A stretch of DNA of 27,876 bases, from assembly GCA_030673005.1 (NCBI GenBank), contig DAOVFI010000001.1, positions 1 to 27,876 on the forward strand, given 5' to 3'. Below the pieces are notes generated by a model. The model made no database searches. It saw only the letters and a program-made list of their open reading frames with translations, and was not told where the DNA came from. Every line of letters starts with the position of its first letter. Positions within the stretch are counted from its first letter, which is position 1. This stretch comes from Planctomycetales bacterium (lineage in GTDB: Bacteria; Planctomycetota; Phycisphaerae; SM23-33). Position numbers and translations under genes: made by a program. Positions 26,459 through 27,876 of the stretch are shown here, one piece after another.

Positions 26459-26523
26459 CGCCACTTTGTATTGGCCGGCATATATGATGCCTTATGAGAA
26501 CATCTCCTATGCTACCGGCAAAG

Positions 26524-26608
26524 GCTGTCAGCCGTCAGCATTCAGCAGTCAGCAACCAACTTCGACAATCTGCCTTTGGCTGATTGCTGACCGCTGAATG
26601 CTGACAGC
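26524..26608. repeat. Inverted heptamer arrays (NNTCAGC)4 / (GCTGANN)4
   Basis: gc-tgtcagc-cgtcagc-attcagc-agtcagc (26524-26553) and gctgatt-gctgacc-gctgaat-gctgaca-gc (26579-26608). Confidence 0.85.
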
Positions 26609-26682
26609 GACGCATTATGTTGCAGCATCTGTGTCCATAATCGCTTATAGATATTCACGCAATATCAAGTGGCGTAGTAGTA

Positions 26683-26805
26683 CTAATGACTAATGTCTAA
26701 TAACCGACCGGACGCTCTTCGGAATCATCAACTTGATACCCATTATTTTCAGTCATTGGACATTAGACATTACTTAGACATTGGTAATTAGACATTAGTC
26801 ATTTA
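26683..26805. repeat. Inverted heptamer arrays (CTAATGW)n / (WCATTRG)n
   Basis: Three units at 26683-26703 and about seven degenerate units at 26753-26805. Perfect 17-bp IR at 26685-26701/26787-26803. Confidence 0.85.
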
Positions 26806-26810
26806 TTTTT

Positions 26811-27876
26811 TTACACCTGTCCTGTCAGTGCTCTCTGGACGGCCTGCTGTATCTGTGCCTCGGTCATTTCGGCTTCCGTTTTGGGGACGGCCAGTTCGGG
26901 TATTTCCACCATGCGTTTTATTTTCATGTTTAAATACGGCTTGAAAGAAGTGCCCGCCGGGAGCAGGTGCCCGAGAATTACGTTCTCTTTCAGACCGATA
27001 AGGGTGTCCACCTTGCCGGCCAGTGTCGCTTCGGTGAAGACCTTGGTGGACTCCTGGAAACTGGCGGCGGAGAGAAAACTGTCGGACTGAAGGGAAGCCT
27101 TGGTTATCCCCAGCAGGAGTGTCTTTGCCATTGCCGGTTTTGCCTTTCGCGTCTTTGCGATCGTGCCGCCGGTGGCCTTGGCTTCGGCGTTGACCTGTTC
27201 GACCTTCTGTCGCGAGACAACCTCGCCATCAACGAATTCCGTATCGCCGGCGGAGACTATCTTGACCGATTTGGCGATCCTTTCGTTTTCGGCGCGGAAC
27301 TTGAACTTATCTATCACTTCGCCCGGAAGCAGTTGGCTGTCGCCGATGTTCTCGACGTTGACCTTCCGCAGCATCTGCGAGATGATGACTTCTATGTGCT
27401 TGTCGTTGATAGTCTGTTTCTGTCCGCGATAGACGTTCTGGACCTCGGTCAGCAGGTACTTCTGGAGGGCGTCCTCGCCGCGAATGTCGAGGATGTCGTG
27501 CGGCACGAGCGGCCCTTCGGTCAGCTGGCCGCCGGCCTCTATGTAGTCGCCGGTGTGCACCAGCAGGTGCCGGTCGTGCGGGACGTGGTGTTCCCGCTCC
27601 ATTTCCGACTTCGAGCGGACGATAATAGTCATTTTTCCGCGGCGCTTGTCGGTTCGCAGTTCGACTGTACCGGAGATTTCCGCCATTGCCGCCGGTTCCT
27701 TCGGCTTGCGGGCCTCGAACAGTTCTGTAACCCTCGGCAGCCCGCCGGTGATGTCCTGCGTACCGGTCATTTCCCTCGGTTGGCGCGCCAGCAGGTCGCC
27801 GGGTCGGACGGCCTGACCTTCCTCGACCTCGATGCGGGCCTTGGACGGCAGGTAGTGGAAGTCCAGAATCTTGCCG
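26811..27876 (-). CDS. rpoC: RNA polymerase beta' subunit, C-terminal part (5'-truncated by the window edge)
   Basis: DITGGLPRVTELFEAR, INDKHIEVI, LLGITKASL, SAASFQE and GLKENVILGHLLPAGT motifs; frame open to the window end. Confidence 0.98.
   Translation of the reverse strand, partial: GKILDFHYLPSKARIEVEEGQAVRPGDLLARQPREMTGTQDITGGLPRVTELFEARKPKEPAAMAEISGTVELRTDKRRGKMTIIVRSKSEMEREHHVPHDRHLLVHTGDYIEAGGQLTEGPLVPHDILDIRGEDALQKYLLTEVQNVYRGQKQTINDKHIEVIISQMLRKVNVENIGDSQLLPGEVIDKFKFRAENERIAKSVKIVSAGDTEFVDGEVVSRQKVEQVNAEAKATGGTIAKTRKAKPAMAKTLLLGITKASLQSDSFLSAASFQESTKVFTEATLAGKVDTLIGLKENVILGHLLPAGTSFKPYLNMKIKRMVEIPELAVPKTEAEMTEAQIQQAVQRALTGQV

Overview
Core housekeeping window from a GC-rich bacterium, most likely Planctomycetota and possibly class Phycisphaerae (inferred from protein signatures and gene order; not database-checked). 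The minus strand carries the 3' end of rpoC followed by the str (rpsL-rpsG-fusA, no tuf), S10, spc (no rpmD), secY-adk-map (no infA)-rpmJ and alpha (rpsM-rpsK-rpsD-rpoA-rplQ) clusters and a HIT gene. The plus strand carries two tandem paralogous hypothetical proteins with planctomycete-type HEAT-like motifs, ilvD and a flavodoxin. The unusual content lies mostly between and at the ends of the conserved genes. SecY has a ~133-aa N-terminal extension with four extra hydrophobic segments. A 175-bp element with perfect 31-bp terminal inverted repeats and two long internal hairpins sits between rplW and rplB. Many intergenic gaps hold REP-like palindromes or 7-/9-mer microrepeats, usually 3-20 nt after a stop codon. 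One repeat supplies the stop codon of rplC and another is translated in the N-terminus of Adk. S12 carries Arg at the streptomycin-resistance position 88. No rRNA, tRNA, CRISPR array or transposase gene was found.
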